Source: Candidatus Omnitrophota bacterium
GTDB taxonomy: Bacteria; Omnitrophota; Gorgyraeia; Zapsychrales; Fredricksoniimonadaceae
Length of the DNA: 64,000 nucleotides
Assembly (NCBI GenBank): GCA_015233675.1
Contig: JADFXH010000009.1
Location: 22,339-86,338 of the forward strand
Direction of reading: 5' to 3'
A model generated the notes under the pieces. That model did no database searches, was not told where the DNA came from, and saw nothing but the letters and a program-made list of their open reading frames with translations. The position numbers and the translations under genes were made by a program. Below, piece after piece: positions 28,387 through 37,084 of the stretch. The number at the start of each line of letters is the position of its first letter. The first letter of the stretch is position 1.

Positions 28387-29454
28387 TTACCTTGGGATAA
28401 AATCCATTTTAGGAGTAATCTCTAAAATAGTTTCCGCAATCAAAACAGCACAGTTATCCAGATCGTCAAAAGAGCAAGTCTCAACCATCGTGTGCATGTA
28501 ACGGTTAGGAACGCTGATGAGCGCGGTGGCTACCCCTTCACGGCTTAATTGCATGGCACCGGTATCTGTACCATCGGTTCTGCCAAGGGATGAAAATTGA
28601 TAGGGGATCTTCTTGCGTTTGGCAACATCAATAAACATCTTTCCAATAGCGCGATTTATCGCAGGCCCCGCGTGCAGGATCGGCCCTTTGCCCAAAGCCA
28701 CCTCACCAACAATCCTCTTATCAATGCCGGGGGTATCCGAAGCAAAACCAACATCCACCGCAACGCCTACTTGAGGATTAATGCCATAAGCACTGGTTCG
28801 TGCGCCGCGCAAGCCCACTTCTTCCTGAACTGTTGACACCCCGTAAACACCGATGTCCTTGCTCAATTTCTTGCCGCTTAAAATCTTGATAACTTCAGAA
28901 ACAACAAAGGCTCCGACTTTATCGTCGCAGCCTTTTGAAGAAAAGTTATTATTACGTAATTCCATATAATTTGGCGCAAAAGAAACCGCATCGCCTAAAG
29001 CCACGACTTTAAGCGCGTCTTCCCTGTCTTTGGCACCGATATCCACCCATAAATCTTTTATAGGCACACTTTTATTACGGTCACATTCTTCCATCAGGTG
29101 CACGGGCTTCTTGCCAATAACCCCATCGACCAATCCTTTTTCAGTCTGCACCTTAACCTGGCTGCCCGGCAAAACGCCGCTGTCAATACCGCCCACCGGC
29201 ACCACGCACAAAAAACCTTCACTGGTGATATGGCTGATGATGAATCCAATCTCATCGCAGTGTCCCGCAATCATAATTTTATAATCTGCCTTGTTATTTA
29301 AAATAGCTATAGCATTGCCATGTACGTCCCGCTTGATTGCTTGTGCATATTCTTTGGTTCGCTTGGCCCATACGTTTTGGCTGGCCTCTTCAAAGCCTGA
29401 AGGACCGCATTGACTTAAAAAATCACGTAAGAATTTCTTTGATTCACTATTCAT
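28387..29454 (-). CDS. M42 family metallo-aminopeptidase (FrvX/YsdC-like)
   Basis: AGHCDEIGF, GCDDKVG and TVQEEVGLRGA motifs. The likely start is MNSESKK (29454); the track start is 29481. Confidence 0.85.
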   Translation of the reverse strand: MNSESKKFLRDFLSQCGPSGFEEASQNVWAKRTKEYAQAIKRDVHGNAIAILNNKADYKIMIAGHCDEIGFIISHITSEGFLCVVPVGGIDSGVLPGSQVKVQTEKGLVDGVIGKKPVHLMEECDRNKSVPIKDLWVDIGAKDREDALKVVALGDAVSFAPNYMELRNNNFSSKGCDDKVGAFVVSEVIKILSGKKLSKDIGVYGVSTVQEEVGLRGARTSAYGINPQVGVAVDVGFASDTPGIDKRIVGEVALGKGPILHAGPAINRAIGKMFIDVAKRKKIPYQFSSLGRTDGTDTGAMQLSREGVATALISVPNRYMHTMVETCSFDDLDNCAVLIAETILEITPKMDFIPR

Positions 29455-29497
29455 GAAACACCCCCACCTTGCCTCCCCCATGAAAAAAGAGGAATAT

Positions 29498-30706
29498 TTA
29501 TGTGTACCGCTGCTTTATAAACGTTTCTAAAATCTCAATAAACTCTTCCTTAATATGATCACCCTTTAAAGTCTTGAATTCCTTGCCGTCAATATACACC
29601 GGAGCAATCGGATTCTCAGATCTACCCGGCAGGCTGATACCGATGTCCGCGTGACGGCTTTCACCCGGGCCGTTGACCACACATCCCATGACCGCAATTT
29701 TCATTTTTTCAATACCCGGATACTCCTTTTGCCACAAAGGCATTTTTAACTTAATGTAACTGTTAATGTCCTGCGCCAAATATTGAAATAAATCAGAGCT
29801 AGTACGCCCGCAACCAGGACAGCTTGTCACCGACGGCGTAAAATAGCGCAGCCCCATGGACTGCAAAAGCTCCTTGCAAACCTCCACCTCTTGGGAGCGC
29901 GGCACATGAGGCTTGGGGGTCAATGACACCCGGATAGTATCACCAATACCCTGTTGGAGCAAAATAGAAAGCGCCGCGGCTGACGAGACAGAGCCTTTGA
30001 TATCAGCGCCTGCTTCGGTCAATCCCAGATGCAAAGCAAAATCACAGGCCGTTGCCAGCCGCTGATAAACTTCAACCATGTCCTGCAATCCCGACATCTT
30101 GACACTTAAAACCAATTTTTCCCGGGACAACCCTAACTTTAAAGCATATTGCGCTGACTGCAAAGCGCTTTGCACCATGGCGTCGATCATGACCTCATTA
30201 AAATCTTTGGGATTAGACGATTTGGCATTACGATCCATCCATTCTGACAACAATTCCTGGTCTAATGAACCCCAATTAACGCCGACGCGAACAGCCTTGC
30301 CGTTTTCAACCGCGATTCTAACAATCCGGGCAAAATTATCATCATGCAAACGGCCGCGACCGACATTGCCGGGATTGATGCGATACTTGTCTAATAATTT
30401 AGCTGTTTGCGGATTTTTCTCAAGAAGGGTATGCCCGTTAAAATGGAAATCCCCGATGATGGGAGTTGTTATGCCTTCTGCGCGAAGACGGCTGATCGCT
30501 TGAGCAGCTGCTTTGGCCGCATCATGATCATTGACTGTCCAACGCACAAGTTCAGAGCCGGCGGTAATCAATTCCCTGGTTTGAGCCAAGGTAGCATCAA
30601 TGTCCGCCGTAAGGGTGTCAGTCATAGACTGGATGCGTATGGGATAGGCTTCCCCCAGCTTGAGTGAACCTATCATGACAGCGGGAGTTTTTCGACGAGG
30701 CAACAT
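29498..30706 (-). CDS. ispG: 4-hydroxy-3-methylbut-2-enyl diphosphate synthase
   Basis: 402 aa GcpE. IRIQSMT, CPGCGRT and GCVVNGPGE Fe-S Cys contexts. Confidence 0.92.
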   Translation of the reverse strand: MLPRRKTPAVMIGSLKLGEAYPIRIQSMTDTLTADIDATLAQTRELITAGSELVRWTVNDHDAAKAAAQAISRLRAEGITTPIIGDFHFNGHTLLEKNPQTAKLLDKYRINPGNVGRGRLHDDNFARIVRIAVENGKAVRVGVNWGSLDQELLSEWMDRNAKSSNPKDFNEVMIDAMVQSALQSAQYALKLGLSREKLVLSVKMSGLQDMVEVYQRLATACDFALHLGLTEAGADIKGSVSSAAALSILLQQGIGDTIRVSLTPKPHVPRSQEVEVCKELLQSMGLRYFTPSVTSCPGCGRTSSDLFQYLAQDINSYIKLKMPLWQKEYPGIEKMKIAVMGCVVNGPGESRHADIGISLPGRSENPIAPVYIDGKEFKTLKGDHIKEEFIEILETFIKQRYT

Positions 30707-30712
30707 TTGAAT

Positions 30713-30739
30713 TTACACCTTCCGACAAAATGCTATAAT
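30713..30739 (+). promoter_or_regulatory. extended -10 promoter of ispH
   Basis: TTACAC (30713-30718), a 15-nt spacer, then TGCTATAAT (30731-30739). Confidence 0.45.
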
Positions 30740-30812
30740 TATTCGCTTTGAGGCGTTATTATAAGAAATGTATCGATAAAAAGCAAGTTAAGAAGCTGAT
30801 AGGACTTTAACA

Positions 30813-31739
30813 ATGGAAATATTTTTAGCTAAAACTCAAGGGTTTTGCGCCGGAGTTGCGAGTGCTATTGACATTGTCGAGTTGGCCCTCAAAACTTACG
30901 GCACTCCTTTATACGTCTATCATGACATCGTGCACAACACTCCCGTCGTTGAAAACATGAAAGCCCGGGGAGTTGTCTTCGTCGAAAACTTAAGCGATAT
31001 CCCTACCGGTTCACGAATTATCTTCAGCGCACATGGTGTTGGGCCTGATCTCATCAATGAAGCCCGTAAACGCCGTTTAAAATACGTCGATGCCACCTGC
31101 CCTCTGGTGACAAAGGTCCACAAGGAAGCCGTCAAATTTTCCAGCCAAAAAGTAGATACTGTGCTTATCGGCCATGTGGGGCATCAAGAATTGATCGGCA
31201 CCTCTGGATATGTGCATCCGGACTTACTCCACATCATTGAAAACGAAAAAGATGTCGACACTTTGAACATCGATCCCCAAAAAAACATTGCCTACATAAC
31301 ACAGACAACACTTTCCACCGATGAAACTAAGGGCATCATTGAGAAATTAAAATCAAAATTCCCTAAACTGGCAGGCCCCACTCGATCGGACATTTGTTAC
31401 GCAACCCAAAACCGCCAAGATGCCGTCAAAGAACTGGCGGGCTTCTGTGATATCATTATCATTTGCGGTTCTCCTCACTCTTCCAACAGCAATCGCCTGC
31501 GGGAAACAGGCGCACATATGGGCGTGGCCAGCTATATCGTCGACACAGCCGCAGATTTGGACTGCTCTATTTTTAAAGGAAAACAAAAAACAGGTTTGAG
31601 TTCTGGGGCTTCTGTGCCCCGTTATCTGGTGGATGAAATCATTGATAAGGTCAAAATCTTTGTCCCCCAAACCATTGTTCATGAATTCAGCAATCCTGAA
31701 AAAAACATTATGTTTCCGGTATTACAATTTAAGGAATAA
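30813..31739 (+). CDS. ispH: 4-hydroxy-3-methylbut-2-enyl diphosphate reductase
   Basis: 308 aa LytB. Three conserved Cys contexts: GFCAGV, ATCPLV and ICYATQNRQ. Confidence 0.92.
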   Translation: MEIFLAKTQGFCAGVASAIDIVELALKTYGTPLYVYHDIVHNTPVVENMKARGVVFVENLSDIPTGSRIIFSAHGVGPDLINEARKRRLKYVDATCPLVTKVHKEAVKFSSQKVDTVLIGHVGHQELIGTSGYVHPDLLHIIENEKDVDTLNIDPQKNIAYITQTTLSTDETKGIIEKLKSKFPKLAGPTRSDICYATQNRQDAVKELAGFCDIIIICGSPHSSNSNRLRETGAHMGVASYIVDTAADLDCSIFKGKQKTGLSSGASVPRYLVDEIIDKVKIFVPQTIVHEFSNPEKNIMFPVLQFKE

Positions 31740-31744
31740 AATAA

Positions 31745-31772
31745 ATTCCCGATTAAAGCATTTGGGAATGAC
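31745..31772. repeat. degenerate member of the GGGAATGAC hairpin family
   Basis: ATTCCCGATTAAAGCATTTGGGAATGAC, between ispH and the ferredoxin gene. Confidence 0.5.
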
Positions 31773-31781
31773 ATATCATTT

Positions 31782-32036
31782 ATGGCAAAATTAATTATTG
31801 ATAATATCACTTACGAAGTTGCCGATGGCGAACAAATGGCCCAGGCCTGCGCCAATGCCGGCATCCCCTTTAACTGCAATTCCGGCGTATGCGGCAGCTG
31901 TCAAATTAAAATCCTGGAAGGTGAGAAAAACATCAATGAGTTAAACAAAGAAGAAATGGACTTGGGACTAGACCGCACTCACCGTTTAGGATGCCAGTGC
32001 AAAATCTTAACCGGAACAGTAAAAGCAACCTATTAA
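31782..32036 (+). CDS. small plant-type [2Fe-2S] ferredoxin
   Basis: 84 aa. C-x4-C-x2-C (CNSGVCGSC) plus a distal Cys in GCQC. Abuts moaE with no gap. Confidence 0.8.
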   Translation: MAKLIIDNITYEVADGEQMAQACANAGIPFNCNSGVCGSCQIKILEGEKNINELNKEEMDLGLDRTHRLGCQCKILTGTVKATY

Positions 32037-32468
32037 ATGTTTATATTACAAGAAAACCCCATTGATGTACTCCACGCCAGAAACATGTGCCGTAACCCTG
32101 CCAATGGCGCATTGGTCAGTTTTGAAGGCATGGTCAGGGCTGATGAACCGCAAGGCCATGTGGTCAGCGGACTTTTGTATATCGCGGATAGTGTATCTGT
32201 AGTCGAGGAAGGTGAAAAAATAATCAAAGAGGCCCTTACCTTGTATTCCATCACCGAAGCAGTGTGCATTCAAAGGACCGGCCAATTAAAGACATCAGAA
32301 GTCCCCGTATGGATCGGCGTGTGGGCGCCCCACCGGGACGAAGCTTTTAAAGGCTGCCGCTACATCATCGAGGAAATCAAAAAAAGACTTCTCATCTGGA
32401 AGAAAGAATTTTATACCGATGGCAACAGCGCATGGATCCGCGGCCCCCAAACACCTGTTATCTTTTAA
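32037..32468 (+). CDS. moaE: molybdopterin synthase catalytic subunit
   Basis: 143 aa. HRDEAFKGCRYIIEEIKKRLLIWKKE matches the MoaE C-terminal signature. Confidence 0.85.
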   Translation: MFILQENPIDVLHARNMCRNPANGALVSFEGMVRADEPQGHVVSGLLYIADSVSVVEEGEKIIKEALTLYSITEAVCIQRTGQLKTSEVPVWIGVWAPHRDEAFKGCRYIIEEIKKRLLIWKKEFYTDGNSAWIRGPQTPVIF

Positions 32469-32469
32469 T

Positions 32470-33399
32470 ATGAATATAAAACCCCATGCCATACTGTCAG
32501 ACTACACCACTTTTCAATTAGGCGGAGCTTGCCTTTGTCTGGTCGAGTGTACAACACCGGATGAACTGATACAAACAGTTAAAAAATTCAAGGAAGAAAA
32601 TACGCATTTTTTATTGATCGGTGGCGGATCCAACTTAGTGGTCTCTGACCGTGGCCTGAACACTCACCTCATCCGCTACGTGTCCCCTGCCCCCCTGATT
32701 AAGCGCAAAGGCCTTGATGTCACGGTAACGGCCAGCTCCCTGTTGGATGATTTAGCCCTTTACTGCGTTGATGAAGGTCTGGAAGGCCTAAATTTCACGA
32801 CGGGCATACCGGGGACTGTCGGGGGCGCCGTCGTCGGAAATGCCGGAGCCTGGGGCAAACAAGCCGGCGATGTATTAAAATCCGCCGTTATCCTTGATCA
32901 CCAAGGCCAGCCCAAAACCGTAGGGCCTGAATACTTTGCTTTTTCTTATCGTCACTCGCGTCTCAAGGAGACGAATGAAATTATTGTTTCCGTTGCCTTT
33001 GCCTTAACTCCGGGTGATCCCGCGGTATTGGCCCGTGAGCGCGCCGAAATACTCAAAAAACGCTCCCAGAAACATCCCTGCTTATCTACCCACCCATGCG
33101 CAGGCTCTTTTTTTCGTAATATTGAACCAACATCGAAAGCAGAGCGCCGTCAGGCGGCAGGATGGTTCCTTGAACAAGCCGGAGGCAAGGATCTAAAAGC
33201 TGGCGGAGCTTATATTTTCGAAAGACATGCAAATATCATCATCAAAGGCCCGAATGCCACCGCCCAGGATGTGCATGACCTGCATTTAAAAATGATAGAT
33301 TTGGTCAAATCAAAATTTAATTTACTTTTGACCCGTGAAGTGCGTTTTATGGGGAAATTCAACAATATTTTGCAGGCTGACCAGGAGGGATTTTGGTAA
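32470..33399 (+). CDS. murB: UDP-N-acetylenolpyruvoylglucosamine reductase
   Basis: TTFQLGG, GGGSNL and AGSFFRN motifs. The likely start is MNIKPHA (ATG at 32470, directly after the moaE stop); the track start at 32419 overlaps moaE. Confidence 0.9.
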   Translation: MNIKPHAILSDYTTFQLGGACLCLVECTTPDELIQTVKKFKEENTHFLLIGGGSNLVVSDRGLNTHLIRYVSPAPLIKRKGLDVTVTASSLLDDLALYCVDEGLEGLNFTTGIPGTVGGAVVGNAGAWGKQAGDVLKSAVILDHQGQPKTVGPEYFAFSYRHSRLKETNEIIVSVAFALTPGDPAVLARERAEILKKRSQKHPCLSTHPCAGSFFRNIEPTSKAERRQAAGWFLEQAGGKDLKAGGAYIFERHANIIIKGPNATAQDVHDLHLKMIDLVKSKFNLLLTREVRFMGKFNNILQADQEGFW

Positions 33400-33428
33400 T
33401 ACCGCTTTATGGCCCCCCAGTGCGTATA

Positions 33429-33818
33429 TCAATGGATCCATTCAAAATTCTTATTCTCTTTTAATCCCTTATCAAACGTATATGTCTTAAGATTTCTTGA
33501 AGCGCCAATTTCTCCGAACAAAGCATCATTAAAGCTGAAGCCTCTCGCACATTTAGAAATGGCCAATCGTACGGACGTTTCATACTCAAAACAAAACTGC
33601 GGCACCTTTAAAAGCTCTTCAAACGAATTTAAGACACTTTCTTTGGATAAACCATACTTTTTGGTAAGGACAAAGTGCGTTTCAATTAAAACACCATGGC
33701 AAACGAATATTTCTCTTGGGCCATAGCTTTCAATCAAGGCAATGGCCTTCTTAACCCTGGGTTCATCATCAAGGGCAATAATCCTTATCAAAATATTGGT
33801 ATCTAGGGCGATTTTCAT
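33429..33818 (-). CDS. vapC: PIN-domain toxin (VapC family)
   Basis: 129 aa. N-terminal LDTNILI acidic motif and further conserved acidic residues. Overlaps the upstream antitoxin gene by 4 nt. Confidence 0.85.
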   Translation of the reverse strand: MKIALDTNILIRIIALDDEPRVKKAIALIESYGPREIFVCHGVLIETHFVLTKKYGLSKESVLNSFEELLKVPQFCFEYETSVRLAISKCARGFSFNDALFGEIGASRNLKTYTFDKGLKENKNFEWIH

Positions 33819-34072
33819 TTATTTTCGCTTTCTTCCCATGTTTCTTGACGCGCTTTGCGGATTTCTTCATCGGTTAATTTCTTTGTCCCCTGTCCACGAT
33901 GATTATTAACAAAATCTCTGATAGTGAATCTTTCCATCCGCGGTTTCACTTCGACATGCCCGTTCTTTTCTTCAAAAACAAGATTGTCGCCCGGGTTTAA
34001 CTTTAAACGGACCATTAGCTTTAAAGGAACAGTGATTTGTCTTTTGGATGAGATTTTAGCGGCGATAACCAT
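33815..34072 (-). CDS. vapB: AbrB/SpoVT-fold antitoxin (VapB/MazE-like)
   Basis: 85 aa. SKRQITVPLKLMVRLKLNPGD is a swapped-hairpin AbrB motif. AAGGAGG lies upstream. Confidence 0.8.
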   Translation of the reverse strand: MVIAAKISSKRQITVPLKLMVRLKLNPGDNLVFEEKNGHVEVKPRMERFTIRDFVNNHRGQGTKKLTDEEIRKARQETWEESENK

Positions 34073-34087
34073 TGCGCAAGACCTCCT

Positions 34088-34124
34088 TTGTTACGATAAC
34101 AATCTTACATTGTTCACATAACAA
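34088..34124. promoter_or_regulatory. two tandem palindromic candidate VapB operators
   Basis: TTGTTACGATAACAA (34088-34102) and TTGTTCACATAACAA (34110-34124). Centres are 22 bp apart, between the candidate -10 and the vapB SD. Confidence 0.5.
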
Positions 34125-34151
34125 ATATATCATATTTAAAATGAATAGCAA
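34124..34151 (-). promoter_or_regulatory. candidate vapBC promoter
   Basis: Minus-strand TTGCTA (34151-34146), a 16-nt spacer, then TGATATATT extended -10 ending at 34124. Confidence 0.4.
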
Positions 34152-34166
34152 GAATATTGTTCGTAT

Positions 34167-35427
34167 CACACCTGTCCGGTAAAAAATAAGGAAACCACGT
34201 CCATCGTGTTAGAATAAGGTTACGCGAATAACCAAACCACGAGGAGGGTTCCCAATGGCTCATTCTAACACGCTTTTCCACGAACTGCTAAAACTTATCC
34301 CGAGACATCAATTTGATACAATCGTCAAAAATCATGGCGGTAACCGTTACGTTAAGCATTTTAATTGCTGGCAACAGTTCGCCACACTGCTTTATGCCTA
34401 AGCCGCAGACAAAGATTCTTTACGCGAAATTGAGCAAGGCATGCAAATCAATGATCCCCGGCTGTATCACTTGGGCCTGACACGCATTAAACGCTCAACT
34501 TTATCAGATGCTAATCGCAATCGCCCCAGCGAAATTTTCCAAGCATTGTTTTATAAATTAGTTGAACGCTGTCAGACATTGACACCCAAGCACAAATTTA
34601 AATTTAAGAATCCTCTTTATACTTGGGACGCCACGCTCATCAGCCTATGCCTGTCTTTGTTCCCCTGGTCCAAGTTTGGTCAGACCAAGGGAGCTCTTAA
34701 ACTTCACGTTCAGATTAACCATAGCGGGCATATTCCTGACTTTATAGTTGCAACGCCAGCATTCAATCATGAAAGCATGGTTGTTAAAAGGTCGTTTCAA
34801 ATTAAACCGGACAGCATTTATTGCTTTGACCGCGGCTATTGGGACTATTCGTTGTTCCGTCGGATACATAACGCCAAGGCCTTCTTCGTGACACGCACCA
34901 AGGAAACCATGAAATACACGGTTACCGGACAGCATAGCGAAACATCAAAAAAAGGCATACTCTCTGATGAGATTATTCAACTGGTTAACGATCCATATCA
35001 AAAAGAATTACGGCTAGTGCGGTACTATGATGAGGAGTCCGGAGAAATATTTGAATTCTTGACCAATAATCTTCATTTGGCGGCTACAACCATTGGGAAA
35101 ATTTATCAGGCAAGGTGGCAAATCGAAGCTTTTTTCAAGTGGGTTAAACAAAACTTGAAGATCAAAACATTCTTGGGGACGAATCAAAATGCGGTTTTAT
35201 CCCAAATCTGGGTGGCGATGTGCTACTTCTTGCTTTTGGCCTATATAAAAAATTCCAGACCAAGTTCCAAAAATCACTCTTTTATCTGCATAAACTGGTC
35301 CAGGATGCACTGTTTTCACCTTTAACCATCGTTGACTTGCTTACAGCCTCGCAAAGAAAGCTTGAGCGATTTAAGACCAACGAATTCCAGTTTGCATTCC
35401 TCTAGAAAGTTTTACCGGACAGCTGTG
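34167..35427 (+). mobile_element. IS4-family insertion sequence, decayed
   Basis: 18-19 bp terminal inverted repeats: CACACCTGTCCGGTAAAA (34167-34184) and its near-complement GTTTTACCGGACAGCTGTG (35409-35427). They bracket a DDE transposase reading frame. No clear target-site duplication seen. Confidence 0.8.
34255..35405 (+). pseudogene. IS4-family (DUF4372 + DDE) transposase, inactivated
   Basis: Starts at the ATG at 34255 (GAGGAGGG upstream) with MAHSNTLFHELLKLIPRHQFD. There is an in-frame TAA at 34399-34401, and the frame resumes as the 34441..35325 ORF. A frameshift near the A-run around 35250 moves the conserved C-terminus into the 35220..35405 frame. Confidence 0.8.
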
Positions 35428-35432
35428 GTTAA

Positions 35433-35461
35433 GATCCTTCGCCCTTCGGGTTCAGGATAAC
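35433..35461. repeat. short repeat GATCCTTCGCCCTTCGGGTTCAGGATAAC
   Basis: Immediately outside the right IR of the IS. Contains the small hairpin CGCCC-TTC-GGGTT. Confidence 0.6.
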
Positions 35462-35547
35462 ATCGTCAGTTCTCTCAGAACACTAAACCATACACTTGCT
35501 TTCAATCTCTATAACATGAACGGGCGGACACAAGGTCCGCACCTACA

Positions 35548-36564
35548 CTACCCGCCGATTTGGAACATTTCAATCTTGGGCGATGTTTTAGAAGTATTGC
35601 GGACCGAGGAACGGATTTCAGAATAATGGTCTTCTCGTTTGATCCATAACTCACGTATCAAATGGCTTAAAAACTCATCTGTAGCGCCACCTCTTAAATG
35701 CGCGCCTAAATCCATACCATGCGTGGCAAAAAGGCAAGGGTACATTTTGCCGTCGGCTGATAAACGCAAACGGCTGCAGGTGCCGCAAAAGGCCTTTGTA
35801 ACTGAAGAAATAAACCCAATTTCACCTTTGCCCTCTTTAAAACGATAAGTCTCTGAAGTGCTCCTGTTTTGCGTGATTTGAAGACGTTGTAAAGGAAACT
35901 GAGCGTCAATCAAAGAAATGACCTCGCTGGATGCAACCACTTGGGCATTTTCCCAATGATTTTGATTGCCCACATCCATGTATTCGATAAAGCGTACGGT
36001 ATGAGGGGTGCCGTAAAAATATTTGACCAGATCCAGGATCGTATGGTCATTGATCCCACGCTGAACAACACAATTGATTTTGATAGAATCAAACCCTGCA
36101 TGCTCTGCGGCACAAATGCCATGTAGCACATCTTTTACCGAGCCTTGTTGGCCGCTCATTTGACGGAATATAGCCTCATCTAAAGTGTCAAGGCTGACCG
36201 TTAAACGGCCAAGCTGGGCCTCTTTCAGGCGAGGAGCCCATTCTTTCAGCAAAAAGCCATTGGTGGTCAATGCTAAATCATCGACTCCTTTGATCGCTGA
36301 CAATTGGCGGATAAGCTCATCAATGTCCGGCCTTAACAGAGGCTCTCCGCCGGTCAAACGCAATTTAGTGACGCCTAGGCTGACAAAAATCCGCACCAGA
36401 CGCACAATTTCCTCAAAACTTAACCATTCTTTTTTATCAAGAAATTGATAAGCCTGATGAAATCCTTCCGAAGGCATGCAATAGGGACAGCGACAATTGC
36501 ATCGGTCAATCAAAGAAATCCGCAAATCACGCAAAGGTCTATTTAGCGCATCTGTAATTGACAT
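35548..36564 (-). CDS. moaA: GTP 3',8-cyclase (radical SAM)
   Basis: CNCRCPYCMP CxxxCxxC motif and GGEPLLR. The likely start is MSITDALN (36564); the track start at 36627 overlaps sufU. Confidence 0.9.
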   Translation of the reverse strand: MSITDALNRPLRDLRISLIDRCNCRCPYCMPSEGFHQAYQFLDKKEWLSFEEIVRLVRIFVSLGVTKLRLTGGEPLLRPDIDELIRQLSAIKGVDDLALTTNGFLLKEWAPRLKEAQLGRLTVSLDTLDEAIFRQMSGQQGSVKDVLHGICAAEHAGFDSIKINCVVQRGINDHTILDLVKYFYGTPHTVRFIEYMDVGNQNHWENAQVVASSEVISLIDAQFPLQRLQITQNRSTSETYRFKEGKGEIGFISSVTKAFCGTCSRLRLSADGKMYPCLFATHGMDLGAHLRGGATDEFLSHLIRELWIKREDHYSEIRSSVRNTSKTSPKIEMFQIGG

Positions 36565-36586
36565 GACTTTATTTATGCGTCCTCTA

Positions 36587-37033
36587 TTATTCTGTGGATA
36601 CGGTCTTGGCCTTTTCCAGAGCTCCATGCATGGTATGCCAGCTTAAAGAAGCGCATTTAACCCTTGCGGGATATTGCCAAATCCCGGAAAAAACCGTTAA
36701 TTTGCCCAAATGATTAGAATGTTCGTCAGGCTTAAGTTCACCTATAACTAATTTATGAAATTCTTCAAACAACACCTTGGCCTCCGCTATACTTTTCCCC
36801 TTAAGTGAAGCCGTCATCATCGATGCTGATGCCTTGGATATGGCACAGCCGGAGCCTTCGAAAGCAGCGTCCTCAATGGTCCCTACGGGATTGACCTTCA
36901 CATACACCCACAAATGGTCCCCGCATAAAGGATTATAACCCTCAGCCACATGAGTTGCCCCCTCAAGCTTTCTGAAATTACGGGGATTGCGGTTGTGTTC
37001 TAAAATAGTTTGCTGGTATAATTCGTCACGCAT
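36587..37033 (-). CDS. sufU: SufU/IscU-type Fe-S assembly scaffold / sulfur acceptor
   Basis: NPLCGD, GSGCAIS and a C-terminal Cys. The likely start is MRDELYQQ (37033). The track N-terminus MSFPRKRESK is translation of a hairpin repeat. Confidence 0.85.
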   Translation of the reverse strand: MRDELYQQTILEHNRNPRNFRKLEGATHVAEGYNPLCGDHLWVYVKVNPVGTIEDAAFEGSGCAISKASASMMTASLKGKSIAEAKVLFEEFHKLVIGELKPDEHSNHLGKLTVFSGIWQYPARVKCASLSWHTMHGALEKAKTVSTE

Positions 37034-37055
37034 ATAAATTAAAATTCTTGTTTTG

Positions 37056-37079
37056 GATTCCCGCTTTCGCGGGAATGAC
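37056..37079. repeat. short hairpin repeat, same family (GATTCCCGC-TTTC-GCGGGAATGAC)
   Basis: Perfect 9-bp stem with tetraloop between sufS and sufU. Reverse complement of the 923-946 unit. Confidence 0.8.
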
Positions 37080-37084
37080 ACATC

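Noticed and set aside
31782-32036. The 84-aa ORF before moaE as MoaD.
   Set aside because: It has a complete plant-type [2Fe-2S] Cys motif and lacks the C-terminal Gly-Gly essential for MoaD thiocarboxylation.
34167-34184. The shared 8-mer GGACAGGT between the IS inverted repeat and the type I basal stem variant 1, as evidence that the hairpins are MITEs derived from this IS.
   Set aside because: Only 8 nt match, and the match is not at the outermost ends of the hairpins. A chance 8-mer match in 64 kb of both strands is expected, so this is too weak to claim.
34399-34401. The in-frame TAA in the transposase as programmed read-through or recoding.
   Set aside because: The same gene also has a frameshift near 35250, and nothing suggests a recoding signal. 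Ordinary pseudogenisation is the simpler reading.
35462-35547. A possible tRNA or small RNA gene in the gap between the IS and moaA.
   Set aside because: I could not fold a cloverleaf or find conserved T-loop or anticodon features. The GGGCGGACACAAGGTCCGC hairpin resembles a short motif also seen after argF (11381-11400) and looks like a 3'-end stem-loop.
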